From an uncultured Burkholderiales bacterium (GTDB taxonomy: Bacteria; Pseudomonadota; Gammaproteobacteria; Burkholderiales; Eutrophovitaceae), in assembly GCA_951812315.1 (NCBI GenBank), contig CATOSA010000017.1, positions 16,666 through 80,665 of the forward strand: 64,000 nt of DNA. The letters run 5' to 3'. Of the stretch, positions 41,052-50,802 are shown piece after piece. The position numbers were made by a program, and so were the translations under genes. The notes under the pieces are model-generated. The model had not been told where the DNA came from. It saw only the letters and a list, made by a program, of their open reading frames with translations, and searched no databases. Numbering within the stretch: position 1 is the stretch's first letter; every line of letters starts with the position of its first letter.

Positions 41052-41289
41052 GAATTGCGCAGCGGCCGCCCTACGCGTTCTTTGGCAATAGCTTCAACAT
41101 ATCGCTATCAGAATCCTTCAGCCGGAGTGAATGCCGCCCTTCAAGGCCGTTGCTACATAGTGGGCGTTCATTTCGCCCGAACCCGCCAGGAGGTCGCGGA
41201 ATTCTTTGTCCAGCCGCAAATCCGTTCCCGGCCGGGAAGAAGTGGACCCCGAAACTTGGACCCCCGCTTAAGTGAAATCTCCATGGGGT

Positions 41290-42135
41290 TCAGGCCGCGC
41301 TCTTCAACGCCGTTTGTTCGAAGTACACCGCATCGGGGGTACGCCGGTCAAGCCCAGTGTGACGACGCCGGGTATTGTAAAAACGAAAGTATTTGTCCAG
41401 TCCGGCGCGTAATGCCGCCAGCGTTTCATACGCGCGCAGATACACGTCTTCGTACTTCACACTGCGCCACAACCGTTCGACGAACACGTTGTCGATCCAG
41501 CGAGCCTTGCCGTCCATGCTGATCGTCACTTCGTGGTCCTTGAGAACGCGGGTGAACGCATCGGCCGTGAACTGCGTGCCCTGATCGGTGTTGAATATCT
41601 CGGGTGTACCGTAGCCACGCAATGCCTCTTCGAGCGCCTCGACGCAAAAGTCGCTGTCCATCGTGTTCGACGCCCGCCACGAAAGCACCTTGCGCGTATG
41701 CCAGTGCATAATCGCCACGAGCTACATGAACCCCTTGGCCATCGGTAGATAACACATATCGCTCGCCCACACCTGGTTGGCCCGCGTGATTGTCATGTCC
41801 CTGAGCAAGTAAGGATAGATCTTGTGTCCCTTGTCTGGCGTGCTGGTGCGCCGCTTCGGCTACAGCGCCCTGATCTGCATCTGACGCATCAGCCGCTGTA
41901 CGCGCTTACGATTGACCTGCAGCCCGCGTGTATCGAGTTCGTTGCGAATACGACGGCTTCCGTAGAACGGCAGCTCAAGGTGGATCTCGTCGATCAGGCG
42001 CATCAGCTCAAGGTCTTCGGCTGACACCTGTGCGCCGCGATAGTACGCTGTGCAGCGTGCCACTCCGAGTAACTCGCAGCGGCGTGCCCTGGACAGTTCG
42101 TGAGCGCTTTGAATCTGTGCTCGGCGCTCGCTCAC
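41290..42135 (-). pseudogene. IS3-family transposase OrfB with two in-frame TAG codons
   Basis: A single 282-codon frame. It reads ...MQIRAL*PKRRTS... (TAG at 41860-41862) and ...AKGFM*LVAIMHW... (TAG at 41719-41721). The DDE region (NTDQGTQFT ... ERLWRSVKYE) is intact. Confidence 0.8.
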
Positions 42136-42423
42136 CGGTCGCGCCCGAGCAACTTTGACAGAAAATCTTTCTCCATCGTCAGTTGCCCGACCTTGGCGTG
42201 CAGCTTCTCGATTTCGCGTTCGGTGTGTTGCGCCTCAACTGCGTTGCCACCGAACACGTCCTCGGCACTATCGACCAGACGTTTCTTCCAGTCCTGGATC
42301 TGATTCGGGTGAACGTCGAACTGTTCAGCCAGCTCGGCCAGTGTGTGCTCGCCACGCACTGCGCCCAGTGCTACTTTGGCCTTGAAGCTCGCCGTGTGAT
42401 TTCTTCTCTTTACTACGTGTCAT
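42132..42423 (-). pseudogene. IS3-family OrfA (HTH) with a frameshift near the 5' end
   Basis: The ATG at 42421-42423 gives MTRSKEKKSH. The conserved TASFKAKVALGAVRGEHTLAELAEQF continues in another frame. The span is 292 nt, which is not a multiple of 3. Confidence 0.7.
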
Positions 42424-42511
42424 CTTCGGATCCTCTCTGTGTCGTAAAAGAATAATCCATAAGATTTCACTTATCAGCTATATTTTGGTGTCCAGCCGTT
42501 GGGGTCCACCT

Positions 42512-42739
42512 CTACACATGATTTCGCTTCAGCTCGACTTCTGCACCAAAACCGATGTTGTTCTCGCGCAGATCTACGTCCTGATCGAAGTGATAGGAAT
42601 AAAAACCAGGGTTGAGCCACACATTCGGATAAAAGTCGTCTGAACTAGAGTCGTCCGGAATGGAGTCGTCCGCAAATGCGTTCGCTCCCGTGATCGCAAC
42701 AAATACAACCAGAATCATTCTGAGGCGAAGTCTTGCCAT
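42512..42739 (-). CDS. short signal-peptide protein, possibly a gene remnant abutting the IS3 end
   Basis: Start taken at MARLRLRMILVVFVAITGANAFA. The ORF ends 3 nt before the IS3 terminus. The sequence ...NPGFYSYHFD...NNIGFGAEVELK looks like the first strands of an outer-membrane beta-barrel. Confidence 0.35.
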   Translation of the reverse strand: MARLRLRMILVVFVAITGANAFADDSIPDDSSSDDFYPNVWLNPGFYSYHFDQDVDLRENNIGFGAEVELKRNHV

Positions 42740-43006
42740 TCGCCGGACAATCTGCAGCACTGTTACTCTCGCCTCCTCTAATAATTGCAAGCGTCTGTAT
42801 CCGGTCACGCAACTGCTTTCGTCAAACACTCGCCCGGCAATTGAATGGCGGGTGATTCCGCGCTACGACGTTGCGCGAAGGTGCCTGTCCGATGTACGAC
42901 GGCACCGGCTGAGCGCTCTTAAGCGTCATTGGTCCGTGCGACAGGAACGTCGACTGGAACCACCGCTTCCCTGGCTGTGACCATCCACACGTGTACCATT
43001 ATCTCG

Positions 43007-43057
43007 TTTGAATACCATGTTCGCATTTGAATACCGTGATCCTATTTGAATCCGATG
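43007..43057. repeat. three direct repeats TTTGAATNCNNTG spaced 19 bp apart, upstream of the SDR gene
   Basis: TTTGAATACCATG (43007), TTTGAATACCGTG (43026) and TTTGAATCCGATG (43045). They lie 100-150 bp upstream of the ATG at 43159. Confidence 0.7.
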
Positions 43058-43158
43058 CTCTCGTTGCAAGCAGTATCCGGGCCTTCGCGGTATAAGCGGG
43101 AGGCCGTGAAAACAAGATTAGAATCTGAATCCAACACTACCTCGGAGGATCGTCAGCA

Positions 43159-43926
43159 ATGGAGTTGAACGGCAGGGTTGCAATAATTACCGGCGGCAGC
43201 GGTGGTATTGGCCGCGCCATGGCAAAAGCCTTTCTTGACCAGGGTGCAAGCGCCATCGTGCTCGCCGATTTGAGCGAGGATGCGGTCATGGCGGCCGCCG
43301 GCGAGCTTGGCTGTGACGGCTTCGTCTGCGACGTCACTGACGAGCAGCAAATCGTTGATCTCGTGGAACATACCCAGAACAAGCATGGACCGGTCGATCT
43401 GTTCTGTTCAAATGCCGGTGCCTCCGTTGAAGGCGTTTTGACCGATGCCGCGAACGAGGTGTGGCAGCAGCAATGGGAACTGCATGTCATGTCCCACCTG
43501 TGTGCAGCGCGAGCAGTACTTCCATCGATGATCGAGCGCGGCGAGGGTTACTTGCTCAATACCGCCTCGGCTGCTGGTTTGTTGGCAGCGCTGGGTTCGG
43601 GCCCCTACACAGTCACCAAGGCCGCGGCAGTCAAGATGGCAGAGTTTCTCTCAATCACACATGCCGACGACGGCATCAAGGTTTCGGTTCTGTGCCCGCA
43701 AGGCGTAAACACGGCCATGGCGCCAAGAAGCCTCGGAAACGGTCAGACCGACGGCATTATCGAGGCCGACCAGCTGGCGCAAGTTGTCGTTGAAGCGGTT
43801 CGCGAAGAACGCTTCCACGTCCTGCCGCATCCGGAAGTCGAAACCTACGTGCGGCGCAAAGGAGATAACATAGACCGCTGGCTCGGTGGCATGCGGCGTC
43901 TGCGCCGGCGCTCGCTGGAGGGCTGA
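43159..43926 (+). CDS. SDR-family oxidoreductase
   Basis: 255 aa with TGGSGGIG cofactor motif, NAG, and YTVTKAA (YxxxK). Confidence 0.9.
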   Translation: MELNGRVAIITGGSGGIGRAMAKAFLDQGASAIVLADLSEDAVMAAAGELGCDGFVCDVTDEQQIVDLVEHTQNKHGPVDLFCSNAGASVEGVLTDAANEVWQQQWELHVMSHLCAARAVLPSMIERGEGYLLNTASAAGLLAALGSGPYTVTKAAAVKMAEFLSITHADDGIKVSVLCPQGVNTAMAPRSLGNGQTDGIIEADQLAQVVVEAVREERFHVLPHPEVETYVRRKGDNIDRWLGGMRRLRRRSLEG

Positions 43927-44038
43927 GATTCGGCAATAGTTCCGGCGCAGTTACGGGGGCGCGGGCGGCTTTTCCGGAAACATACAAGTTGCGTCATGAC
44001 TGGCCAGCATCCGGACACAGTCATTAAAGCTGGAAAAC

Positions 44039-44581
44039 ATGCTGATACTGTTTAACAAGCCCTACGGCGTGCTCACCCAGTTCACTGACGCGCAGGGACG
44101 CGCGACATTGGCAGACTACATTCCAGTTCGCAACGTCTATCCTGCAGGCCGCCTCGATCGCGACAGCGAAGGCTTGTTGTTACTGACTGATGACGGAAAA
44201 CAGCAGCAACGCCTGTCCGATCCGCGCTTCAGGAAAGCGAAGACCTACCACACCCAGGTGGAAGGCGAACCGGACGCCGCCGCACTCATCCGCCTGCGCC
44301 AGGGGATCGAACTCGACGGCGTGTTGACCGAGCCGGCAAAAGTGCGACGAATTGACGAACCCGACCTGTGGCCGCGCGTGCCCCCAATACGTGTGCGCAA
44401 ATCGATCCCGACCCATTGGTTGGAAATTACGCTCATAGAAGGCCGCAACCGCCAGGTCCGCCGCATGACCGCTGCCGTTGGGCATCCGACCTTGCGGCTG
44501 GTGCGCGTCTCCGTCGACAAATACACGATCTCGGACCTCAAACCCGGCGAGTGGCGCGAGGCAGAGACTGGAGCCGGTTGA
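44039..44581 (+). CDS. rluE: 23S rRNA pseudouridine synthase E
   Basis: 180 aa, collinear with E. coli RluE as I recall it ([44 protein letters not shown]). Confidence 0.85.
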   Translation: MLILFNKPYGVLTQFTDAQGRATLADYIPVRNVYPAGRLDRDSEGLLLLTDDGKQQQRLSDPRFRKAKTYHTQVEGEPDAAALIRLRQGIELDGVLTEPAKVRRIDEPDLWPRVPPIRVRKSIPTHWLEITLIEGRNRQVRRMTAAVGHPTLRLVRVSVDKYTISDLKPGEWREAETGAG

Positions 44582-44627
44582 CACGGCATCGGTCGACAGG
44601 TCGCATTTGCGCGCCTGATGCTATTCT

Positions 44628-45500
44628 TTGTATAAATCTTCCCTGCAATCGGGCAACATGAAACAGGCAATGCACAGCTTTGTGATCAGCGCAATAACCG
44701 TGGTCCTCTGCGTCGCGATTGGTTTTTCCGCTCTGCTTTATTTTTCTCAGGAGCGGCTCATTTTTTTGCGTCAACCTGCGCCTCATACGCCACCTGGAGC
44801 GACCAATCTCGCGATCAGCGAGGTCACCATTGCCACCTCCGATGGACTTTCATTGCGCGGCTGGCTGGCTCGATCCAGCAATGCAGTTCAGGAACGGCTG
44901 CCGCTGGCGATTTACTTCGGCGGCAATGCCGAAGAGGTCTCCTACATAACCGGCCTGACAACGCATGTACCAGGCTGGTCGATACTGGCTGTCAACTACC
45001 GTGGCTACGGGGGTAATTCCGGAGAACCGTCGCAGCGCGCGCTGTATTCCGACGCACTTGCGCTATACGACTGGGCGGCCAATCGCTCCGATGTCGCCTC
45101 CGCTCATATCGCCGCGATTGGCCGAAGCCTTGGAAGCGGTGTTGCAGTCTATCTGGCAGCAGAGCGGCCGCTCGCAAAAGTCGTTCTGGTAACCCCGTAT
45201 GACAGCCTTCGTGCGGTTGTTCAGCACCACTATCCCTACCTGCCGGTGTCGCTCTTGCTGAAGCACCCGTTCGATTCGATGGAGCACGCGCGGCGCGTTT
45301 CAACGCCCATGCTGACAATCGCGGCGCAAAACGACAGTATCATTCCGCCAGCGCGGTCGCGGACGTTATTTGCGCAATGGCAAGGGCCAAAAACCTGGCG
45401 GGAATTTTCCGGCGCTGGTCACAACGATCTCGACGCCAGTCCCGAGTACTGGGCAACCATCGCCGCATATCTCGCAGAGGCGGGCAAACTGTCCCAATAG
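44628..45500 (+). CDS. alpha/beta hydrolase with N-terminal TM anchor
   Basis: 290 aa. Nucleophile elbow GRSLGSG and a late GAGHND motif. The start could instead be the Met at 44658 or 44670. Confidence 0.8.
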   Translation: MYKSSLQSGNMKQAMHSFVISAITVVLCVAIGFSALLYFSQERLIFLRQPAPHTPPGATNLAISEVTIATSDGLSLRGWLARSSNAVQERLPLAIYFGGNAEEVSYITGLTTHVPGWSILAVNYRGYGGNSGEPSQRALYSDALALYDWAANRSDVASAHIAAIGRSLGSGVAVYLAAERPLAKVVLVTPYDSLRAVVQHHYPYLPVSLLLKHPFDSMEHARRVSTPMLTIAAQNDSIIPPARSRTLFAQWQGPKTWREFSGAGHNDLDASPEYWATIAAYLAEAGKLSQ

Positions 45501-45671
45501 ACCCGTTGCTGGCATTGCACATGCATGTGAATCCTGCTTTCCGCCGCTAGCGCGCTGTATGTGAGACGATAGTTGTAAATCAACCCTGTCGAACCTGCAA
45601 ATGCCCGTTTTTTGGGCGCGTCGGGAATTCTTGGGGAAGTGCCGGATCTGTTCACTTGAAGAGGAACTGCC

Positions 45672-46268
45672 ATGGATATTTCGTTCATTGTGACGCTTGT
45701 CATTATTATTGCGGCTGTGTTCTATGTCATCGCCATATTCAACCGGCTGGTCGCACTGAAGAACCGGTACCAGAATGCCTTTGCACAAATAGAAGTGCAG
45801 TTGAAACGGCGCTACGATCTGATCCCGAACCTGATCGAGACGGCGAAAGGTTATCTGAAACATGAACGCGAAACGCTTGAATCCGTCATTTCGGCGCGGA
45901 ACGCCGCAGCACAGGGACTGGCCGCCGCGGCTGCAGATCCGGGAAATGCGGATGCGATGAAGTCGCTGGTCGGTGCCGAAGGCGCCTTGTCGGGCGCACT
46001 GGGAAAACTGAATATCGTCATGGAGGCCTATCCCGACCTGAAAGCGAATCAGAACATGATGCAAGTCAGCGAGGAGTTGATCTCAACAGAGAACAAGGTC
46101 GGCTTTGCGCGGCAAGGTTTTAATGATCAGGTCATGGCCTACAACACCTACAAGCAAAGTTTTCCGCAAAACCTGCTGGCGGGCATGTTTGGCCACGGAG
46201 CCGATGCAAGTTTGCTCGAGTTTGAAGACAGCGCCGAAATACAAGCTGCTCCAAAAGTTTCTTTCTGA
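45672..46268 (+). CDS. lemA: LemA family protein
   Basis: 198 aa. N-terminal TM helix followed by NRLVALKNRYQNAFAQIEVQLKRRYDLIPNL, a typical LemA sequence. Confidence 0.9.
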   Translation: MDISFIVTLVIIIAAVFYVIAIFNRLVALKNRYQNAFAQIEVQLKRRYDLIPNLIETAKGYLKHERETLESVISARNAAAQGLAAAAADPGNADAMKSLVGAEGALSGALGKLNIVMEAYPDLKANQNMMQVSEELISTENKVGFARQGFNDQVMAYNTYKQSFPQNLLAGMFGHGADASLLEFEDSAEIQAAPKVSF

Positions 46269-46308
46269 ATGTTTTCACTTAATCCAGTTCCTCTCCGGCC
46301 AGTCAGTT

Positions 46309-46360
46309 TCTGACCAGGTTATTTCAGACCAGGTTATTTCAGACCAGGTTATCTCAGACC
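46309..46360. repeat. 15-bp tandem repeat x3.5 (TCAGACCAGGTTATT)
   Basis: Units at 46309-46323 (TCTGACC variant), 46324-46338 and 46339-46353 (TTATC variant), plus a partial unit at 46354-46360. The repeat ends 1 nt before the M48 ATG. Confidence 0.85.
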
Positions 46361-46361
46361 G

Positions 46362-48275
46362 ATGGATTTTTTTCAGGCACAGGATTCAGCACGCCGTAGT
46401 ACCACGAGCCTTGTGGTGTTCTTCATACTTGCAGTGCTCAGTCTGATCGTGTTCACGAATCTTCTGGTGATGGTGTTATTCGGTTTCCTGAAACCGGGCG
46501 AAGAAGGCGTCACGCTGAGCTCGATTGTGGTCCAGTTTGACTGGCAGACCTTCCTGCTTATCGGCGCGGGCGTGCTATTTGTAATTCTTGCAGGTAGCGC
46601 GTACAAAACCATGGCGTTGTCATCCGGCGGCACAGCCGTAGCCGAATCACTCGGTGGACGATTGATCGACCAAAGCACCACCGACCTGCACGAGCGCAAG
46701 GCCCTGAACGTGGTTGAAGAAATGGCGATCGCTTCGGGCACTCCCGTCCCGCCCGTTTATCTGCTTGATGGCGAACAAGGGATCAACGCTTTTGCCGCCG
46801 GTTTTAGCCCCGGCGACGCAGTTGTGGGACTGACCCGCGGCACCATTACCTTCCTGACCCGCGAAGAGTTGCAAGGCGTTATTGCCCACGAGTTCAGCCA
46901 TATCCTGCACGGTGACATGCGTTTGAACATCCGCCTCATCGGCATCCTGCATGGCATCCTGCTGATTGGCTTGATCGGCTACATCATCCTGAGATCGGTG
47001 CGCGGTGGCTCGAACAAGAATGCGGGCCCCATTATGGGTCTCGGTCTGGGATTACTCGTCGTCGGGTTTGCAGGAACATTTTTCGGAAACCTGATCAAGG
47101 CGTCGGTCAGTCGCCAGCGCGAATTTCTGGCTGATGCTTCGGCAGTCCAGTTCACCCGGAACAATGCCGGTATTGCCGGCGCGCTAAAGAAAATCGGTGG
47201 CTATGCACAGGGATCGGAGCTGGCCAATCCTGAAGCACCCACGTTGAGCCACGCGTATTTCAGCAAGGGCGTGAGCTCATTCATGCAATCGATGTTTGCA
47301 ACACATCCGCCCCTGCATGTTCGAATCAAAAAAGTCGACCCGCGCTGGAATGGCGTATTCGAGCCGGTAACAAGAGAAGTTGTCGAGGATAAACAAACCA
47401 CGGCGAAAACACCGTCAACGCCAGGGTCAGGCGCGATGGCAACCGCAGTGGCCGGCGCGGTCATCGCCAACCAGATACTCGATAGCGTTGGCCAGACCAG
47501 CCCTGAACAGCTCGACTATGCCGCCGCCCTGGTGAATGACATACCGAAAGCCGTTCGCGACGCAGTGCACGACCCCTATGGCGCGCGTGCAGTCATGTAC
47601 TGCCTGGTGATCGAAGACAAGCAGAATGACATTCGCCTCAGGCAGTTGCGCCGGCTGGAAGAGATGGGTGACAAAGGTATTTCCGATCTCGTTGGCAACT
47701 TGCTGGGCACCGTAAAAGCACTGGACGTCCGCTTCAGGCTGCCGCTTGTCGACATGGCCCTGCCGTCGCTGCGGCAATTATCTGAAGCGCAGTATCAATT
47801 GTTCAGGAAAAACCTGCTGTTCCTGATGGCCGCAGACAACACCATCAATCTGTTCGAATGGTCGTTGCAGAAAATCCTGTTCCATTACCTGGATCCGGTA
47901 TTCGGCAGGCCGGGCAAGAAAGTCGCCAAGTACGGATCGTTTGATCGCGTAAGGAATCACATTGACGTACTGTTGAGCATGCTGGTTTACGTCTGCGTGA
48001 AGGACAAGGCCGAAATGGTGACCGCGCTCGCGAGCGCGAAGCGAGAACTGGGTTTGGCGAACCTCGAATTGTCACCGCGTGAGCAGATCAGCCTTGACAA
48101 CCTCGACCGGGCTGTTGAAGAACTGGCCTTGTTGAAGCCGCTGCTCAAACCTTCCCTGTTGAAAGCCTGTCTGGCTGTTATTACGCAGGATCAGGAATAT
48201 GCGCCAGATGAAATGGAACTCATGCGCGCCATTAGCGACGTGCTTGATTGCCCTCTGCCACCCTACCTGGGCTAG
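46362..48275 (+). CDS. M48-family zinc metallopeptidase, membrane-bound
   Basis: 637 aa. HEFSHILHGD (HExxH) with flanking TM helices and a long C-terminal helical domain. Confidence 0.85.
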   Translation: MDFFQAQDSARRSTTSLVVFFILAVLSLIVFTNLLVMVLFGFLKPGEEGVTLSSIVVQFDWQTFLLIGAGVLFVILAGSAYKTMALSSGGTAVAESLGGRLIDQSTTDLHERKALNVVEEMAIASGTPVPPVYLLDGEQGINAFAAGFSPGDAVVGLTRGTITFLTREELQGVIAHEFSHILHGDMRLNIRLIGILHGILLIGLIGYIILRSVRGGSNKNAGPIMGLGLGLLVVGFAGTFFGNLIKASVSRQREFLADASAVQFTRNNAGIAGALKKIGGYAQGSELANPEAPTLSHAYFSKGVSSFMQSMFATHPPLHVRIKKVDPRWNGVFEPVTREVVEDKQTTAKTPSTPGSGAMATAVAGAVIANQILDSVGQTSPEQLDYAAALVNDIPKAVRDAVHDPYGARAVMYCLVIEDKQNDIRLRQLRRLEEMGDKGISDLVGNLLGTVKALDVRFRLPLVDMALPSLRQLSEAQYQLFRKNLLFLMAADNTINLFEWSLQKILFHYLDPVFGRPGKKVAKYGSFDRVRNHIDVLLSMLVYVCVKDKAEMVTALASAKRELGLANLELSPREQISLDNLDRAVEELALLKPLLKPSLLKACLAVITQDQEYAPDEMELMRAISDVLDCPLPPYLG

Positions 48276-48321
48276 TGTAGTGATTCACTATTAACGGCAC
48301 GACAGACGGCGAGAATTCACC

Positions 48322-49074
48322 TCAAGGCTTTTCGAACACCAGGAAATGTTGCTGAGGCAAAAAATCACCGGTCTCTATCCAGCGAAAACCCAGCGCGTCC
48401 ATTTCTTTTCTGGCCTGCGCTTCGCTCATTTTGTGTAGTGGCTTGATCCGGACCGCGCGATCCTCGGCCCGGTACTCAATGAGCACGATTTTGCCACCCG
48501 GTTTGAGCGCGGCGAACATCGCTTCACCCATCTCGCGTGGGTGCGAAAATTCGTGATACGCATCGACAATGAAAATCAGATCAACTTCGCCAGGCGGCAA
48601 TCCGGGATCCGTGATCGAACCTTGCACAGGTAGCACATTGGTCACCCCGTAGGCGCGCTTCTTCTCATCGATAATTGCGAGCATCTCTGACTGGATGTCG
48701 ACCGCCAGCACATGGCCGTCGGGCACCTGTTCAGCGACTGCGAACGAAAAGTAACCGGTTCCCGCGCCGATATCGGCGACGACACTGTCAGCTTTCAGGG
48801 GAAGTCGCTCGATCAGAAGGTCAGTGCGTTCCTCTCGCTGACGCTCCGGTCGTTCCAACCATCCAGCGCCGCGATGCCCCATCACGTGGGAGATTTCCCG
48901 ACCCATATAGAACTTGCCGATGCCATCCCGACTCGCTGCACGCTGCTCGTACACCCTGACCGTGTTTGCTGTGGTTGGCGCCGCGCCAACCTCCGCCTGC
49001 TGCACGCCTGCTACTGACCCAATAGCAAACACGAGCACCCACCAGGATCGTTGTATTAGACGCTGGTTGATCAT
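48322..49074 (-). CDS. class I SAM-dependent methyltransferase with N-terminal signal/anchor
   Basis: 250 aa with motif I VADIGAGTGYFS. Confidence 0.85.
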   Translation of the reverse strand: MINQRLIQRSWWVLVFAIGSVAGVQQAEVGAAPTTANTVRVYEQRAASRDGIGKFYMGREISHVMGHRGAGWLERPERQREERTDLLIERLPLKADSVVADIGAGTGYFSFAVAEQVPDGHVLAVDIQSEMLAIIDEKKRAYGVTNVLPVQGSITDPGLPPGEVDLIFIVDAYHEFSHPREMGEAMFAALKPGGKIVLIEYRAEDRAVRIKPLHKMSEAQARKEMDALGFRWIETGDFLPQQHFLVFEKP

Positions 49075-49359
49075 TAAATCTTCTCCGTCAACAAGTCACT
49101 CCTGACTTCATATTCTGATGCAACGTCGCACGCGTAAACTGAGCTGCATCCAGCCTGTCCCCGAAATTCGGACCAAATCATGGTGAATACTCCGCCGGCC
49201 AAAGCTGTCGCTCTGAATTGCGGCTATGAGCCGCACTAATCGGCAACGCGGTCGATAAAATCTTGAACTCTGGTAAGTTGAACTAGCGCTGCGCAATCCG
49301 ATCATCCGCGACATGCATACTGGATTATGCCCAGATAAAAACTCGACCTTTGCACCAAA

Positions 49360-49750
49360 GAAGTACTTTCCCCTTTCTGAGCCGCCGAGTAACGCAGAAG
49401 CGGCAGGGGCTTTCGGCGAGGACTGTCTGAGTGCGACCGCGGACGGCGGAGCAGGGGCCCCGCTTGCGGGGATGCGACCCCGGAGCGGGATGCATGCGCA
49501 CCGGAAAAAACGTGGTCGAATGCGCACCTACGCGGTCACATCCCCAATGGGGCCCCTGCTTCGCGCTCCGGTGCGCGAAGTTTTTGCGCGCGAGTTCCGC
49601 AGCCGCCTGTCGCTTCGAGTAACGCAGGGAACCCCGAAGGGGCGGTTCAGTGGGGTGCCTTTCTCTTTGGTTACTTTCTCTTGGGCACGCAAGAGAAAGT
49701 AACTAGCCGCCGGGCTACCCCCGGCATGCCTGCCACGGCAGCAACGCCAG
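49360..49750 (+). repeat. REP-like composite repeat, copy A (carries a nested ~150-bp palindromic insertion)
   Basis: Matches the reverse complement of 52097-52347 from GAAGTACTTTCC to GGCAGCAACGCCAG, apart from extra DNA at about 49440-49590. Contains a 14-bp-stem hairpin at 49670-49703. Confidence 0.8.
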
Positions 49751-49851
49751 ATCTCGCCTAGTTGCACATGTAAGGGCTCAACAAGACCGCCGGATACGCC
49801 CAAGGGCTACCCTATCGAGGGCTCCAAAAAACATTCTGCCCAGTGCCTGTT

Positions 49852-50802
49852 TCAATAACCTTCTTTCTTCTGCATCGCCCACAAATGTGCAGCAACCAGC
49901 GCCCGCCACGGTGAAAATTCGGCAAGCCAGTGTTTGGCCTCCTCCTCGCGAATCTTCTCTGTTCTGCTCAGCAACTTCTGCAGGTTTCGGCGCACCGCCA
50001 CATCACCATGTAACGACCCGTCCAGCCAGCCATATCCGCGCAACAACACGTAATTGACGGTCCACGGACCGATGCCGCGAATATCCAGAAGCCGGCTGCG
50101 TATCTCGTCTGCCGGCGGCGCTGCGACCCATTCATCAAGCGGCAGAAGGCCTTTCTCGATGCGCGCGTTCAACTCAATCAGAGTCCGTGCCTTGGTCAAC
50201 GACAGTCCGGCCTGACGCATTTCATGCTCGGTCAATTTGGCAAGCTGTCGCGAATCGGGAAAGCACCACAGACCGCTTGAATGCCGCAACCCGGCGGCCT
50301 GAATGATTCTCCTCCTGACAGAAACCGCTGCACTGACGCTGATCTGCTGCCCGGTAATGGCCCAGTTCAATGCCTCGAACGGGCTCGCCGCCAGCGGGAC
50401 CCGCAGACCGGCGTTACGTTCGATCAACAATCCCACTTGCGGGTGCGTACGATATTCGCGCTCGAACTCCTCGATTCGCTGTGTCAGCCCCAGCATCCGC
50501 CGCGCCATTCCCTCCCTCCGCTCTTGCCCGTCACTTGCCAACATGCCGTCAATCGCCAGTTCCGCGACAACGCAGGTGTTACCAAATTTAAAAGTAAGAC
50601 AGGCGGGATGGCCATCCCACGGCAAGCCCTTGTACAGAGTGTCGCCGTCGACGCGCTCCGCTATGCGCTCGACATCGCGCTGGTGGAACGCTAGGACATC
50701 ATTTGCGCGAAATCCCGCCGCAGCTTGATACGGCAAGACCAGGTCGTGCTGTCTTGCGCGGAGGCAAGCTTTGTTTTGTGTTTCGAGGAAATCATTCGCC
50801 AC
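49852..50802 (-). CDS. alkA: DNA-3-methyladenine glycosylase II family protein
   Basis: 316 aa. An AlkA-like N-terminal domain followed by an HhH-GPD domain (LLDIRGIGPWTVNYVLLRGYG ... HGDVAV). Confidence 0.82.
   Translation of the reverse strand: MANDFLETQNKACLRARQHDLVLPYQAAAGFRANDVLAFHQRDVERIAERVDGDTLYKGLPWDGHPACLTFKFGNTCVVAELAIDGMLASDGQERREGMARRMLGLTQRIEEFEREYRTHPQVGLLIERNAGLRVPLAASPFEALNWAITGQQISVSAAVSVRRRIIQAAGLRHSSGLWCFPDSRQLAKLTEHEMRQAGLSLTKARTLIELNARIEKGLLPLDEWVAAPPADEIRSRLLDIRGIGPWTVNYVLLRGYGWLDGSLHGDVAVRRNLQKLLSRTEKIREEEAKHWLAEFSPWRALVAAHLWAMQKKEGY

Larger units (their letters stand above)
41243..42508 (-). mobile_element. IS3-family insertion sequence, degenerate
   Basis: Ends are TGGACCCC...GGGGTCCA. 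The imperfect IRs share TGGACCCC, TGGAC and AAGTGAAATCT blocks (41243-41280 versus 42461-42508). The orfA/orfB architecture is typical of IS3. Confidence 0.8.

Noticed and set aside
46309-46360. The tandem repeats at 923-978, 43007-43057 and 46309-46360 considered as CRISPR arrays.
   Set aside because: Units are 13-15 bp. They have no unique spacers of CRISPR size, there are only 3-4 copies, and no cas genes are present.
49108-49803. ORFs 49108..49527, 49313..49702 and 49528..49803, plus their counterparts near 52100-52350.
   Set aside because: They lie entirely within the REP-like repeats, overlap one another in different frames, and have low-complexity Arg/Gly/Pro products.
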